Origin: Archangium sp.
GTDB lineage: Bacteria; Myxococcota; Myxococcia; Myxococcales; Myxococcaceae
NCBI GenBank assembly: GCA_031367385.1
Contig: JANLPS010000300.1
Coordinates: forward strand, 1 to 27,380
Direction: 5' to 3'
Length of the DNA stretch: 27,380 nucleotides
Shown here: positions 25,862-27,380 of the stretch, piece after piece
How positions within the stretch are numbered: the stretch's first letter is position 1
How the letters are laid out: each line of letters begins with the position of its first letter
The notes under the pieces: model-generated
Seen by the model: only the letters and a program-made list of their open reading frames with translations
What the model was told of the DNA's origin: nothing
Database searches by the model: none
Translations under genes and position numbers: made by a program

Positions 25862-27380
25862 ATGGGAACCCGGGGGTTTCCTGATAGCTTTTCCACCGTT
25901 TTGGGCAACCAACCGATTCCCCTTACCGATGTCGCGAATACCGGGCACGGACCAAAGCTGGGCCAGGTCTACGCCCCTGGGCAGTTGAAGGGGCCGCGTC
26001 TGGCGGGCCGCTTCGCTGACGGCAAGGTGGGCGAGTTCCCGCTTGGTGAGAAGACGACGCTGGGCCGGCACCCAAACAATTCGCTGCGCCTGGTCGACCG
26101 CGAAGTGTCGAAAGAGCACTGCCTGGTCGAGAAGGTCGGCGCGACGTACCTGCTGCGAGACCTCAACTCGTCGAACGGTACCTTCGTCAACGGTCGCAAG
26201 GTGCGCGAGCTGCGGCTGCGTGAAGGTGACGAGATCGCGCTGGGCAACAGCCGATTGATTTTTCATCTGGGCGGCGACACCAGCGCGCAGGCGACTCCGG
26301 TGACGAGCGCGGGCGTGACGGTCGTGGCCTCGGCGCAGTCGATGCCGGCGTTTCTGGCCACGGTAGCGCAGCAAGAGTCAGCGGAGTTTCGGCCGGCCGA
26401 GAAGCTGACCGACCTCGACACGCTTCGCCAAGACTACGAGAAGCTGCGCATCGCCAATGAGTTTCACCGCTTCGTCGGCATGGAGCGCGACCTCAAGAGC
26501 CTGCTCGACAAGATTCTGAAGGTCAGCTTTCAGCTGCTCAAGGCCGACAACGCGGTCATCTTTCTCTCTGACGACGATGGCACGCTGATACCGCAGGCGG
26601 TGCATCGCCGAAAAGACGAGCAGGTCGAGGTCGTCGTCTCAGACACGGTGCTCAAGCGGGTGGTCGAGACGCGCAGCGCGGTGCTCACCGCCGACGCGAT
26701 TCTCGATTCGCGGTTCTCGTCGTCTGAGTCGATCGTCGCGCAGGGCATTCGCTCGGCGATGGCGGTGCCGCTGTTGTCGAAGGGCGTCTTGAAGGGCGTG
26801 CTGTTCTGCGACACCCGTGAGCGCACCAATGCGTTCAGCGAAAAAGACTTGAAGGTGCTCTCGGGCATCGCCTCGCAGGCGGCGATTGCGCTCGAGAACG
26901 CCGATCTGGGCCAGAAGATCGAGCGCGAGGCGATTACCCGCGCCGAGCTGTCGCGGTTTCTGGCGCCGGCCGTCGCCGAGGCGGTGGTCTCGGGCAAGGT
27001 CGAGCTCTTGCGAGTCGGTCGCCTGGCCGAAGTGAGCGTGATCTTCGCCGACATTCGCGGCTTCACCTCGATGGCCGAGGCCGACAGCCCGCAAGAAACC
27101 GTCGCGATGCTCAACGAGTTCTTCACCGCGATGTCGCAGGTGATCTTCAAGTACGAGGGCAACCTCGACAAGTTCATCGGCGACTGCGTGATGGCGACGT
27201 GGGGGCCTCCGATTACCCACCCCGATGACGCGGCCCGTGCGCTGAGCTGCGCGCTCGAAATGCTGACCGAGATCAACGACATGAACCGTCGCCGCGCCGA
27301 GGCGGGCAAGAAACCGATCGAGGTTGGCATCGGCGTGAACACGGGCCCGGCGGTCGTCGGCTACATCGGCTCGACCGAGC
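25862..27380 (+). CDS. FHA-GAF-class III adenylate/guanylate cyclase (3' truncated; absent from ORF track)
   Basis: Manual translation gives FHA (LGRHPNN..RLVDREVSKEH, DLNSSNGTFVNG), GAF (IRSAMAVPL, FSEKDLKVL) and cyclase (IFADIRGFT, LDKFIGDCVM, IGVNTG) motifs. Lys in DKFIGD suggests ATP specificity. Start is ATG 25862, or TTG 25901/25985. Confidence 0.92.
   Translation, partial: MGTRGFPDSFSTVLGNQPIPLTDVANTGHGPKLGQVYAPGQLKGPRLAGRFADGKVGEFPLGEKTTLGRHPNNSLRLVDREVSKEHCLVEKVGATYLLRDLNSSNGTFVNGRKVRELRLREGDEIALGNSRLIFHLGGDTSAQATPVTSAGVTVVASAQSMPAFLATVAQQESAEFRPAEKLTDLDTLRQDYEKLRIANEFHRFVGMERDLKSLLDKILKVSFQLLKADNAVIFLSDDDGTLIPQAVHRRKDEQVEVVVSDTVLKRVVETRSAVLTADAILDSRFSSSESIVAQGIRSAMAVPLLSKGVLKGVLFCDTRERTNAFSEKDLKVLSGIASQAAIALENADLGQKIEREAITRAELSRFLAPAVAEAVVSGKVELLRVGRLAEVSVIFADIRGFTSMAEADSPQETVAMLNEFFTAMSQVIFKYEGNLDKFIGDCVMATWGPPITHPDDAARALSCALEMLTEINDMNRRRAEAGKKPIEVGIGVNTGPAVVGYIGSTE

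Noticed and set aside
25838..26605. Minus-strand ORFs of 178 and 75 aa
   Set aside because: Antisense to the FHA-GAF-cyclase gene, which the ORF track omitted because it runs off the window.

Overview
High-GC bacterial DNA, most likely from a myxobacterium (Myxococcota), judged from DAG/DGG-rich lipoproteins, a 'DCDD...HPGA.E.CN..DDNCDG' repeat and an FHA-GAF-cyclase. The left part is ordinary: the end of a chemosensory cluster (cheB, lipoprotein, CheY-like regulator, secreted protein), pruA, a Fur-DmeF-PAP2-AI-2E run and an ECF sigma/anti-sigma/membrane-protein trio. The most unusual region is a tightly coupled 7-gene minus-strand cluster (21367 to 11758). It encodes a papain/C39-like Cys-His-Asp protein, four tandem ~310-aa paralogues each with a single invariant Cys107 plus conserved His and acidic residues, a 1272-aa dikinase with the phosphohistidine-before-ATP-grasp order of plant alpha-glucan water dikinases, and an SCP2-like protein. 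The right part holds truD, two immunity-type genes (SUFU-like and YwqK/MORN-like) organised by a 118-bp direct repeat whose 21-bp core recurs a third time, a secreted protein, and a truncated class III cyclase missed by the ORF track. All family assignments come from recalled motifs, not database searches.
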